Shown here in pieces: positions 9,701 to 18,781 of a DNA stretch of 58,905 bases. The notes under the pieces are model-generated. The model did not search any database and had not been told where the DNA came from. It saw only the letters and a list, made by a program, of their open reading frames with translations. The translations under genes were made by a program, and so were the position numbers. The stretch's first letter is position 1; each line of letters starts with the position of its first letter. Origin of the DNA: Phycisphaerae bacterium (GTDB lineage: Bacteria; Planctomycetota; Phycisphaerae; Sedimentisphaerales; UBA12454); assembly GCA_026386845.1 (NCBI GenBank), contig JAPLMW010000028.1, positions 68,729 to 127,633 on the forward strand, written 5' to 3'.

Positions 9701-11267
9701 GCACCACGATATTTATTCAATTGAAGACTTGGCACAGCTTATTTATGACCTGAAATGCAGCAATCCCGGCGTGAAAGTCTCGGTCAAACTCGTCGCTGAA
9801 GTCGGTGTGGGAACCATAGCGGCAGGCGTCGCGAAAGGCAATGCCGATGAGGTCTTAATCAGCGGACACGATGGCGGAACAGGGGCAAGCCCGTTAAGCT
9901 CAATCAAACACACCGGCTGTCCGTGGGAGCTGGGACTTGCGGAAACTCAGCAGGTGCTTGTGAATAATAACCTGCGGGACAGGATTACCGTTCAGGCTGA
10001 CGGACAAATGAAGACCGGCAGAGATGTGGTTATCGGCGCCCTGCTCGGCGCTGAAAGATTCGGATTCGGCACTGCGGCGTTGGTTACATTAGGCTGCACG
10101 CTGCTTCGCAAATGCCACGAAGGAGCCTGCGACTTCGGAATAGCAACACAGGATAAGGAATTAAGGGCAAGATTTGCGGGAAAACCGGAGAACCTCGAAA
10201 GATTTATATTTTTCGTCGCCGAGGAAGCCAGACAGATTATGGCTCAACTGGGATTCAGAAAAGTTGAAGATATGGTCGGCAGAGCCGATTACCTTTGCAC
10301 TAAAAAAGCTATTGAACATTACAAAGCAAAAGGACTGGATTTTTCAGCTATCTTTTATAAGCCCGACACATCGGACGGCAGAGCTATAAGAAAAATTAAT
10401 CCGCAGCCGGATAAATTAGCCGACCACCTTGACTGGCAGATCCTTGAAAAAATAAAAACTGCTATCGACAGTAAACAAAAAGCGGCCATTGAAATGCCGA
10501 TTCGCAATGTCAACAGAACTGTCGGAACAATAATAAGCAACTATATCGTAAGAAAATATGGGCCGAAAGGGCTGCCGGACGGCACTATCGAGTTAAATTT
10601 CACCGGCTCGGCGGGTCAGAGTTTCGGGGCATTTCTTGCGCCGGGAATCACACTGAAACTTATCGGCCAAAGCAATGACTATCTTGGAAAAGGTCTCTCC
10701 GGCGGCAGAATTGTTGTAAAAACGCCTGAGGGCTCACCATTCGCGGCTCAGGAAAATATTATCGTCGGCAATACCCTGCTTTACGGCGCTACAAAAGGTG
10801 AGGCATTCATCAACGGTATGGCAGGAGAAAGATTTGCGGTGCGGAACAGCGGAGTTATCGCGGTCATAGAGGGACTGGGCGACCACGGCTGTGAATATAT
10901 GACTGGCGGAACTGTGGTTGTTCTGGGTAAAACGGGGTGTAATTTTGCGGCGGGAATGAGCGGCGGCATAGCTTACGTTCTCGATGAAATGCAATTATTT
11001 GATACGCTGTGCAATCTCGATATGGTGGAACTTGAAAGTATCCGGCTAAATGAAGACAAAAAACTCTTAAAAGAACTTATCGAAAAACATTATAAATGGA
11101 CGCAAAGCAAACAGGCGGAAAGGATTTTAAATTCCTGGTCAGATATGTTAGGCCGATTTGTGAAGGTTATACCGATTGATTATCGAAAATCACTTGAAAA
11201 GATGAGAGCCGCTGAAGATCGAAACACTGAGACAACGCCTGCGACGGAAGAGGTGTTCTATGGCTGA
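6708..11267 (+). CDS. gltB: Glutamate synthase large subunit
   Basis: HDACGIG N-terminal Cys, HQRYSTNT, EPWDGPA, KQVASGRFGV, AQGAKPGEGGQLPG, 3Fe-4S Cys cluster. Confidence 0.98.
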   Translation: MARKQQTDCGLYEVRTEHDACGIGAVVNISGKSDHSIINYGKEILVNLHHRGAAGADETTGDGAGILFQIPHEFFFAHSKKLNINLPQPGKYAVAMVFSPKDNELREKCLSIFQQAIELHGMKIIGQRIVPVKPDCLGKIALEAEPHISQIFIDACGFERIELERKLFLARKRTEKQIRGKFGDAGNDFYICSLSSRTICYKGMFMAWQLFAYYPDLADENVKSALAIVHQRYSTNTFPNWKLAQPFRCIAHNGEINTLSGNKSSMAAREYKMACEKFGQFMPDCFPVLVPDGSDSACFDNALELLVQAGRTLPHAMMMMIPEAFGQKYHISTDKRAFYEYHSAIMEPWDGPAAMVFMDGQIIGGTLDRNGLRPCRYIVTTDGLAILASEAGVVEFPPEKIQMKGRLQPGHMFLVDTAEGRIVTDNEIKSKISRQKPYRRWLDENRIELRGLFDSPKLVTSDSETIFQRLRMFGFTREELKMIITPMAVNGQEPVGSMGNDAAMAVLSNKPKLLFNYFKQLFAQVTNPPIDPLREGLVMSLMGFTGRKLNILEETPQHCRQLKLPHPILTNEDIERLRSVNRADFKIATVNALFDSQTNDSAKSLRNGIDKLVNNAIEAVKNGSCLLIISDKLASENMAPIPSLLATAAVHNGLLKAGLRADAGIIVESGEPREVMHFCLLCGYGANAINPYLAFECLDEMQRQGELPTSMDPVQIADNYIAAIKKGILKTMSKMGISTLRSYHTAQLFEAIGLNKELINEFFTNTSSRIEGIGLKEIAKETLIRYQHAFEPRKGGELELEFGGEYHYRNSGEAHLWNPITISRLQHAVRNNDQKAYNEYAKAVNQQGQKLCTLRGLFEFKDTQPIPIEEVEPASEIVKRFCTGAMSHGSISKEAHECVAAAMNKIGAMSNTGEGGEDEERYIEKKGKVSLNCAIKQVASGRFGVTINYLSHAKELQIKMAQGAKPGEGGQLPGHKVTEEIAKLRYSTPGVTLISPPPHHDIYSIEDLAQLIYDLKCSNPGVKVSVKLVAEVGVGTIAAGVAKGNADEVLISGHDGGTGASPLSSIKHTGCPWELGLAETQQVLVNNNLRDRITVQADGQMKTGRDVVIGALLGAERFGFGTAALVTLGCTLLRKCHEGACDFGIATQDKELRARFAGKPENLERFIFFVAEEARQIMAQLGFRKVEDMVGRADYLCTKKAIEHYKAKGLDFSAIFYKPDTSDGRAIRKINPQPDKLADHLDWQILEKIKTAIDSKQKAAIEMPIRNVNRTVGTIISNYIVRKYGPKGLPDGTIELNFTGSAGQSFGAFLAPGITLKLIGQSNDYLGKGLSGGRIVVKTPEGSPFAAQENIIVGNTLLYGATKGEAFINGMAGERFAVRNSGVIAVIEGLGDHGCEYMTGGTVVVLGKTGCNFAAGMSGGIAYVLDEMQLFDTLCNLDMVELESIRLNEDKKLLKELIEKHYKWTQSKQAERILNSWSDMLGRFVKVIPIDYRKSLEKMRAAEDRNTETTPATEEVFYG

Positions 11268-12681
11268 GATAAAAGGCTTTTTAAAATATAAACGCAAAAA
11301 AACAGGCTATCGGCCAATTGAGCAGAGAATTCTGGATTACAAAGAAGTCGAGCTTGCTCTTACGCCTGACGATATTATCCAGCAGGCGGCAAGATGTATA
11401 GACTGCGGAATACCATTCTGCCACGGCGTCGGCTGTCCATTGGGAAATAATATACCTGAATTCAACGATATGATTTATAAGGGACAGTGGCAAAAGGCCT
11501 GCCAGATTCTTCATTCGACAAATAATTTTCCGGAAATTACCGCCCGCGTCTGCCCTGCCCCGTGCGAAACGGCCTGCACACTGGCGATAAACGATGAGCC
11601 GGTATTTATAAGACAAATCGAATACCAGATTGTCGAGCGGGGCTTTAAAGAAGGCTGGATAAAACCGGTTATCGCAAAACAAAAAACGGTCAAAAAAATA
11701 GCAATTATCGGTTCAGGACCGGCTGGTTTAGCGGCGGCACAGCAGCTTGCAAGAGCAGGACATAATGTTGTGGTCTTTGAAAAAGACGAAAAAATCGGAG
11801 GCCTTTTAAGATATGGAATACCCGACTTCAAACTTGAAAAAACTGTTTTAGACCGAAGACTTGCCCAGCTTGCCGCTGAAGGCGTTCAATTTCAGACCGG
11901 CGTCGAGGTCGGAAAAGATATATCCTCACACTATCTAAAGAAAATGTTCGATTGCATCTGCCTGACGATGGGCGCAGGTGAACCGCGAGACCTTGCCGTT
12001 ACAGGCAGAGGCTATGAAAATGTCGTATTCGCATGGGATTATCTCGTTCAACAAAACAAAGTCTGCAATGGTGAAAAAATTGAAGGAAAAACAATTACCG
12101 CCAAAGATAAAATCGTAATAGTCATAGGCGGCGGAGATACCGGCAGCGATTGTGTCGGAACTGCCCGCAGACAAGGCGCAAAAAAGATTTATCAGCTTGA
12201 AATACTGCCGAAACCGCCAAACATTAGGCCTGAAGATACTCCCTGGCCGACATGGCCGAGAATTATGAGAACATCCTCGTCGCACGAGGAAGGCTGCGAA
12301 AGAATCTGGGGCGTCAAAACGACAAAACTTTCAGGCGTCGAGACAAGCGTAAGCGAACTGCACGGCTGCCAGGTCGAATGGATAAAAACCCCCAGAGGCT
12401 GGAATATTAAAGAGATAGCAGAGACGGAATTTTCGATAAAGGCAGACCTTGTGATTCTTGCGATGGGCTTTCTGCACGTAAAACAGGAAGGCCTGGTAAA
12501 AAGCCTGCAGCTCAAGCTCGATGAAAACGGCAATATCGCTATTAATGATTTCCGAACCAGCGACCCGGCCGTTTTTGCCGCGGGCGATTCGGTTCTCGGG
12601 GCTTCGCTGGTAGTCAAGGCAATCGACACAGGAAGAAGAGCGGCTGAACAAATTAACAAATGGCTTATGGACAAAAAGTAA
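11260..12681 (+). CDS. gltD: Glutamate synthase small subunit
   Basis: RCIDCGIPFC, RVCPAPCE, GSGPAG, GGGDTGSDC; overlaps the gltB end. Confidence 0.97.
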   Translation: MAEIKGFLKYKRKKTGYRPIEQRILDYKEVELALTPDDIIQQAARCIDCGIPFCHGVGCPLGNNIPEFNDMIYKGQWQKACQILHSTNNFPEITARVCPAPCETACTLAINDEPVFIRQIEYQIVERGFKEGWIKPVIAKQKTVKKIAIIGSGPAGLAAAQQLARAGHNVVVFEKDEKIGGLLRYGIPDFKLEKTVLDRRLAQLAAEGVQFQTGVEVGKDISSHYLKKMFDCICLTMGAGEPRDLAVTGRGYENVVFAWDYLVQQNKVCNGEKIEGKTITAKDKIVIVIGGGDTGSDCVGTARRQGAKKIYQLEILPKPPNIRPEDTPWPTWPRIMRTSSSHEEGCERIWGVKTTKLSGVETSVSELHGCQVEWIKTPRGWNIKEIAETEFSIKADLVILAMGFLHVKQEGLVKSLQLKLDENGNIAINDFRTSDPAVFAAGDSVLGASLVVKAIDTGRRAAEQINKWLMDKK

Positions 12682-12716
12682 ATAATCTGTAAAATGGCAC
12701 AAAAACGGGAAATTAA

Positions 12717-14357
12717 ATGAGCTTAAGAACAGGTCTTGCACAAATAAATACAACCGTCGGGGACTTTGCAGGAAATATTGATAAAATCCGGCAGATGTAT
12801 GCCCGCGCAAAACAGGAAAAAGTCGAGCTGCTTGTCTTTCCGGAACTGAGCATCTGCGGCTATCCGCCGGAAGATTTGCTGCTCAAAAAGCATTTTCTTG
12901 CCGAAAACAAAAAAGCTGTCCAGCAGCTCGCGAAAGATTGTCCCGATATAACAATAATGGCAGGTTTCGCAGAAGCCGCTGACGGGGTCTGCTTCAACGC
13001 TCTGGCTATCCTCGGCGGCGGGAAAATCACAAAAGTTTACCACAAAACCCTGCTGCCGAATTACGGTGTATTCGACGAGAAAAGATATTTCAACAGCGGC
13101 GGTGAACCGGCAGTAATAAAAATAAAAGACATATCCGTAATCTGCACGATATGCGAAGATATATGGGAAATTCAATGGCTGAAAAAATTCCTGTCCGGCA
13201 TACCTGGAAAAAATCTTATTATCAACATATCAGCCTCACCATTTCACGCGGGCAAAATAAAACAGAGAATTGCGGTTCTGGAGGATTGCGCCAGAACATT
13301 AGGCTGCCCTATCGCATACTGCAATGCCGTCGGCGGTCAGGACGAACTTGTTTTTGACGGCAGAAGTATGTTTGTCGATTCGACCGGCAAACTTATCGCC
13401 AAAGCTGCGGCATTTGAAGAAGACTTGCTCATCGCCGACATCGAAGCGGACGGACAGATAAAGGCAGAATCCACACCAACAAAGACCGACTACACAGAGG
13501 AAATTTACCAGGCACTTGTGCTTGGGACAAGAGATTACATCAAAAAGAACGGCTTTAATAAGGCACTTATAGGTTTAAGCGGAGGAATAGACTCGGCTCT
13601 TACCGCCGCTATCGCTGTCGATGCTCTCGGAAAAGAAAATGTCATCGGCGTTACAATGCCGACAAGATTTAACGCGGCTGAAACCATAAGCGATGCTGAA
13701 AAGGTCGCGAAAAATCTCGGTATAGAATTTCATAATATACCCATCGAGCCTGTACTGAAGAATTTCAATCAGGAACTTGGCAAAGTTGCCGGCTGGAATG
13801 AAAAAGGTTTGGCTTATGAAAATCTGCAGGCAAGAATCAGAGGCACTATTCTGATGTCAATGAGCAACCAATTCGGATACCTCGTTATGACGACAGGCAA
13901 TAAGAGCGAAACCGCCGTGGGATACTCAACACTCTACGGCGATACTGCCGGCGGTTTTTCCGCGATAAAAGATGTGCCGAAAACGGTCGTCTATCAGCTA
14001 AGCGAATATGTAAACAAACTGCACGGCAGAGAAATTATACCTCAAAGCGTTATTACAAGAATACCCACAGCCGAACTGCGATTCGGACAGAAAGACAGCG
14101 ATTCGCTGCCGGAATACGACATTCTCGATGGTATATTAAAAGCTTATATCGAAGAAGAAAAATCGCTGCCGGAAATTGTTAAGCAGGGTTTCGATGCCGA
14201 GACTGTTTTAAAAGTCATCGGGATGGTTGACCGAAATGAATATAAACGGCGTCTATGTCCGCCGGGTGTTAAAATCACTCCAAAAGCATTCGGACGAGAC
14301 AGGCGGATGCCTATTACCAATCTTTATCGACAACAAATTCCGCGACAAAATAATTAG
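12717..14357 (+). CDS. nadE: Glutamine-dependent NAD+ synthetase
   Basis: Nitrilase-like domain (FPEL, LPNYGVFDEKRYF, ICED) plus synthetase domain (GLSGGIDS, ENLQARIRG, TGNKSE). Confidence 0.96.
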   Translation: MSLRTGLAQINTTVGDFAGNIDKIRQMYARAKQEKVELLVFPELSICGYPPEDLLLKKHFLAENKKAVQQLAKDCPDITIMAGFAEAADGVCFNALAILGGGKITKVYHKTLLPNYGVFDEKRYFNSGGEPAVIKIKDISVICTICEDIWEIQWLKKFLSGIPGKNLIINISASPFHAGKIKQRIAVLEDCARTLGCPIAYCNAVGGQDELVFDGRSMFVDSTGKLIAKAAAFEEDLLIADIEADGQIKAESTPTKTDYTEEIYQALVLGTRDYIKKNGFNKALIGLSGGIDSALTAAIAVDALGKENVIGVTMPTRFNAAETISDAEKVAKNLGIEFHNIPIEPVLKNFNQELGKVAGWNEKGLAYENLQARIRGTILMSMSNQFGYLVMTTGNKSETAVGYSTLYGDTAGGFSAIKDVPKTVVYQLSEYVNKLHGREIIPQSVITRIPTAELRFGQKDSDSLPEYDILDGILKAYIEEEKSLPEIVKQGFDAETVLKVIGMVDRNEYKRRLCPPGVKITPKAFGRDRRMPITNLYRQQIPRQNN

Positions 14358-14378
14358 TTTACAGCACGGATGTAAAAA

Positions 14379-17300
14379 ATGCCCAAACGAACAGATATCC
14401 ATAAAATAATGATAATAGGCTCCGGCCCTATAGTAATAGGTCAGGGCTGCGAGTTCGATTACTCCGGCGCCCAGGCCTGCAAGGCTCTGAAAAAAGAAGG
14501 CTATCAGGTAATACTGGTCAACAGTAACCCGGCAACCATTATGACAGACCCTGAACTTGCCGACCACACCTATATCGAACCGATTACGCCGGAAATGATT
14601 GAAAAAATCATCAAAAAAGAAAAACCGGATTGCATTTTGCCGACACTCGGCGGACAAACAGGACTTAACACGGCCGTCGCGCTTGCAGAAAGCGGCGTCC
14701 TGAAAAAATACAATGTTAAACTCATCGGAGCAAACCTCGCCACAATAAAAAAGGCTGAGGAACGCGACAGATTTAAAAAGATTATTCTCGATATCGGCCT
14801 TGAAGTGCCGAAAAGCGGATATGTCCGCAACTGGGAAGAAGCTCAAAAAATTGTCGCGCAGGTCGGTTTTCCCGCGATTATCCGCCCTTCTTATACCCTT
14901 GGCGGAACAGGTGGAAATGTCGCGTATAACGCTGAGGAATACAAGGAATTTATCCACTGGGGGCTAAACCTCAGCCCTAAAGGAGAGGTGCTGGTAGAAG
15001 AATCGGTCCTCGGCTGGAAAGAATATGAATTAGAGGTAATGCGGGATAAAAAAGACAATGTTGTGATTGTTTGCTCGATAGAAAATCTCGACCCGATGGG
15101 AATTCATACCGGCGACAGCATTACGGTAGCGCCGGCACAGACACTAACCGATAAAGAATATCAAACAATGCGCGACGCGGCGCTGAAAATCATAAGAGCA
15201 ATCGGCGTTGAAACCGGCGGCTCAAATATCCAGTTTGCCGTCAATCCCCAAAACGGCAAAATGTATGTAATCGAGATGAATCCTCGTGTTTCGAGAAGCT
15301 CATCTCTTGCCTCAAAAGCCACCGGCTTTCCAATCGCCAAAATCGCTTCGCTGCTGGCAGTCGGCTATACGCTCGATGAAATACCAAACGACATAACAAA
15401 AAAGACACCCGCCTGTTTCGAGCCGTCAATAGATTACTGCGTTGTAAAATGGCCGCGGTTTACATTTGAAAAATTCCCGGCAACAAATCCGGAACTGACT
15501 ATCCAGATGAAAAGCGTCGGCGAAGCAATGGCAATCGGCAGAACATTTAAAGAGGCATTCCAGAAAGCCATACGCTCGCTTGAAATCGACCGATATTCGC
15601 TCGACAGAAAACATATCGACTCAAAAATAGATAACGAACGGCTTAAGCAGATACTGCGGGCTAACCGCTGGGATAAAATCTGGTATGTCGCCGAGGCTCT
15701 GAGAAGAAAACTGCCGATTAATGAAATTTATGAGCTTACGAAAATTGACCCCTGGTTTTTGAACAATATTGACCAGATTGTTCAGTTTGAGGACAAAATA
15801 AGCATAAAAAATCTCAAACAGGCCAAGAAACTGGGCTTTAGCGATAAGTATATCGCATCAAAATTAAATATGCCTGAGACACAACTCAGAAAACAGCGAA
15901 TCGCCGACGGAATTTGTGCCGTTTATAAGATTGTCGATACCTGCGGGGCAGAGTTTGAGGCAAATACGCCTTATTTGTACTCTACGTATGAAGACCAGTG
16001 CGAGGCAAATCCGACAAAAAGAAAGAAAGTCATCATACTCGGCGGCGGACCAAACCGAATCGGACAGGGAATTGAATTCGACTACTGCTGCTGCCACGCT
16101 GCATTCGCGCTGAAGGAAATCGGTATCGAATCCATAATGGTAAACTGTAATCCCGAAACGGTCAGCACAGATTACGATACATCAGACAGGCTTTATTTTG
16201 AGCCTTTGACTTTCGAAGATGTGATGAACATTGTCGAAAAAGAAAAGCCTGACGGTGTTATCGTTCAGTTCGGAGGCCAAACACCCCTGAAACTGGCAAA
16301 CGCCCTGTCAAAAGCAGGCGTGAAAATCATCGGCACAAGTCCCGACAGTATCGATGCCGCAGAAGACAGAAAACGGTTTAACAAAATAGTCGAAAAACTA
16401 AAGCTTAACCAGCCGCTGAGCGGCACAGCAATGAATTATGCGCAAACGGTCAAAATCGCAAGGAAATTGGGCTACCCCCTGCTTATACGGCCATCGTTCG
16501 TATTGGGCGGAAGAGCGATGCAAATTGTCTATGACGAAACAGAACTGAAAAGCTGCGTTGAAAACGCTATCGCTGTTTCAGATAAACACCCAATTTTAAT
16601 CGACAAATTTCTTGATGATGCAGCCGAGCTTGACGTTGACGCAATAAGCGACGGCAAAACCGTCGTTATCGGCGGGATTATGGAACACATCGAAGAGGCT
16701 GGTATTCATTCAGGAGACAGTGCCTGCTCTCTGCCGCCGTTTTCGTTAAGCCCTGCCTTAATCAAGGAGATAAAATGGCAGACAAAAATGCTCGCACTGG
16801 AACTAAATGTAATAGGTCTGATGAATATCCAGTTTGCAGTAAAGGATAATCAGATTTACATACTCGAAGTCAATCCGCGGGCATCGAGAACAGTGCCGTT
16901 TGTCAGTAAGGCTATCGGCGTTCCGCTGGCCAAATTGGCCGCAAAAGTGATGGCCGGAAAAACGCTTAAAGAACTCGGATTTACAGAAGAAGTACACAGA
17001 AGCTATTATTCCGTCAAAGAAGCTGTCTTTCCATTCCTGAAATTCCCCGGCTGCGATACGCTGCTGGGGCCTGAAATGCTTTCGACCGGCGAAGTAATGG
17101 GATTGTCCGATGACTTCGGCATCGCTTATGCTAAATCGCAGATTGCAGCGGGGAATAACCTGCCTACAGGCGGAAATATCTTTATCAGCGTTAAAGATGC
17201 TGACAAGCCAAAGGCTGTCGAGATAGCAAAAAAACTCCATCAGATGGGATTTAAACTTCTCGCTACAAAGGGAACCTGCATCGAGCTAATCAAGAACAAT

Positions 17301-17564
17301 GTGCCATCGGAATTCGTATTGAAAATGACCGAAGGCAGACCGCACATTGTTGATTTGATTATCAATAATCAGATTGCCATGATTATAAATACCACGGTCG
17401 GCAAACAAACAATCAAGGATTCGTTTGCGATAAGAAGAACCGCCCTTGACCGCAATGTGCCTTATACTACGACAATCAGAGGCGCCGCGGCGGTTACAAA
17501 AGCAATCGAATCGCTAAAACAGAAAAAGACAGATGTAAAGCCAATACAACTGTATTACAAATAA
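14379..17564 (+). CDS. carB: Carbamoyl-phosphate synthase large subunit
   Basis: MPKRTDI...[17 protein letters not shown]; two ATP-grasp halves; C-terminal MGS-like domain. Confidence 0.98.
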   Translation: MPKRTDIHKIMIIGSGPIVIGQGCEFDYSGAQACKALKKEGYQVILVNSNPATIMTDPELADHTYIEPITPEMIEKIIKKEKPDCILPTLGGQTGLNTAVALAESGVLKKYNVKLIGANLATIKKAEERDRFKKIILDIGLEVPKSGYVRNWEEAQKIVAQVGFPAIIRPSYTLGGTGGNVAYNAEEYKEFIHWGLNLSPKGEVLVEESVLGWKEYELEVMRDKKDNVVIVCSIENLDPMGIHTGDSITVAPAQTLTDKEYQTMRDAALKIIRAIGVETGGSNIQFAVNPQNGKMYVIEMNPRVSRSSSLASKATGFPIAKIASLLAVGYTLDEIPNDITKKTPACFEPSIDYCVVKWPRFTFEKFPATNPELTIQMKSVGEAMAIGRTFKEAFQKAIRSLEIDRYSLDRKHIDSKIDNERLKQILRANRWDKIWYVAEALRRKLPINEIYELTKIDPWFLNNIDQIVQFEDKISIKNLKQAKKLGFSDKYIASKLNMPETQLRKQRIADGICAVYKIVDTCGAEFEANTPYLYSTYEDQCEANPTKRKKVIILGGGPNRIGQGIEFDYCCCHAAFALKEIGIESIMVNCNPETVSTDYDTSDRLYFEPLTFEDVMNIVEKEKPDGVIVQFGGQTPLKLANALSKAGVKIIGTSPDSIDAAEDRKRFNKIVEKLKLNQPLSGTAMNYAQTVKIARKLGYPLLIRPSFVLGGRAMQIVYDETELKSCVENAIAVSDKHPILIDKFLDDAAELDVDAISDGKTVVIGGIMEHIEEAGIHSGDSACSLPPFSLSPALIKEIKWQTKMLALELNVIGLMNIQFAVKDNQIYILEVNPRASRTVPFVSKAIGVPLAKLAAKVMAGKTLKELGFTEEVHRSYYSVKEAVFPFLKFPGCDTLLGPEMLSTGEVMGLSDDFGIAYAKSQIAAGNNLPTGGNIFISVKDADKPKAVEIAKKLHQMGFKLLATKGTCIELIKNNVPSEFVLKMTEGRPHIVDLIINNQIAMIINTTVGKQTIKDSFAIRRTALDRNVPYTTTIRGAAAVTKAIESLKQKKTDVKPIQLYYK

Positions 17565-17577
17565 GGAAATAAAGTGA

Positions 17578-17663
17578 ATCCCGTTAGAATCAGAAATTGA
17601 AAAAAAGATTTTTAACGGGATGAATCAATGTTTATAATTTAAAAAGGATTCTAACGGGATGAA
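17578..17663. repeat. Inverted/direct repeat element overlapping the carA start
   Basis: ATCCCGTTAGAATC 17578-17591 is the exact reverse complement of GATTCTAACGGGAT 17647-17660; a second right-arm copy gives a TAACGGGATGAA direct repeat at 17613-17624 and 17652-17663. Confidence 0.75.
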
Positions 17664-18774
17664 AGGCATATTATTACTCGAAGATGGAACATGCTTTCGC
17701 GGCTGCGGATTCGGAGCTGAAGATAAAAAGTGCGGAGAAGTAGTCTTTAATACCGCTATGAGCGGTTATCAGGAAATACTTACAGACCCTTCTTATCACG
17801 AACAGATTGTAACAATGACCTATCCTTTAATAGGCAATTACGGCACAAACACGCTGGACGTGGAATCCAATAAACCTTATCTGAGCGGATTTGTCGTAAA
17901 GGAAAACTGCAATTTCCCAAGTAATTGGCGAAATCAAATTTCGCTCGATGATTACCTTAAAAAACATAACATACCCGCTCTCGAAGACATTGACACGCGA
18001 AAATTAGTTATGCTTCTCCGCCAAACCGGTGCGATGAAAGGTATTATCTGCACAGATGGAACAAGCATTAAAAACCTGAAAGACGAACTTGACAAATATC
18101 CCGGCCTTGTTGATAGAGATATTGTAAAAAACGTCTGCACAAAGAAAAGCTATACGTGGGATAAACCTGTTGAAAATGAATTCGGCCAGACCATAAAACC
18201 ACAGGCTAAATACAACGTTATCGTTTTCGATTACGGCATAAAGCAAAATATTCTGCGGCTTTTAGTTTCGCACGGCTGCAAGGTTACGGTCGTGCCGGCA
18301 GATACAACCGCTGAAGAGGTTCTTAAACAAAAACCTGATGGCGTATTTTTGAGCAACGGCCCCGGCGACCCCGGTCCTATAAGCTATGCCATCGAAACCA
18401 TACGCAAACTGCTGGGCAAAGTACCAATATTCGGGATATGTCTCGGCCATCAGCTTTTAGGTCTTGCGGTCGGCGGCGATAGATTTAAATTAAAATTCGG
18501 CCATCACGGTGCAAACCATCCGGTCAAAAACCTAATCACCGAAAAGATTGAAATTACCAGTCAGAACCACGGATTCTGCATCGACCCGGATTCACTGCTT
18601 GATAAAGATGTGCAGATTACACATATGAATTTGAATGATAACACACTGGAAGGTTTCCGCTGCAAAAATGTGCCGGCATTTGCCGTGCAGTATCACCCCG
18701 AAGCCTCGCCCGGCCCGCACGATTCAAATTATTTGTTCGGCGAATTTATAGAACTAATGGACAAAGTAAAATAA
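17659..18774 (+). CDS. carA: Carbamoyl-phosphate synthase small subunit
   Basis: GEVVFNTAMSGYQE, SNGPGDP, GICLGHQ, QYHPEASPGPHD. Confidence 0.98.
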   Translation: MKGILLLEDGTCFRGCGFGAEDKKCGEVVFNTAMSGYQEILTDPSYHEQIVTMTYPLIGNYGTNTLDVESNKPYLSGFVVKENCNFPSNWRNQISLDDYLKKHNIPALEDIDTRKLVMLLRQTGAMKGIICTDGTSIKNLKDELDKYPGLVDRDIVKNVCTKKSYTWDKPVENEFGQTIKPQAKYNVIVFDYGIKQNILRLLVSHGCKVTVVPADTTAEEVLKQKPDGVFLSNGPGDPGPISYAIETIRKLLGKVPIFGICLGHQLLGLAVGGDRFKLKFGHHGANHPVKNLITEKIEITSQNHGFCIDPDSLLDKDVQITHMNLNDNTLEGFRCKNVPAFAVQYHPEASPGPHDSNYLFGEFIELMDKVK

Positions 18775-18781
18775 CCGCCGA

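Noticed and set aside
12695-12710. TGGCAC upstream of nadE as a sigma54 promoter
   Set aside because: No GC at the -12 position (TGGCACAAAAACGGGA) and too close to the ATG
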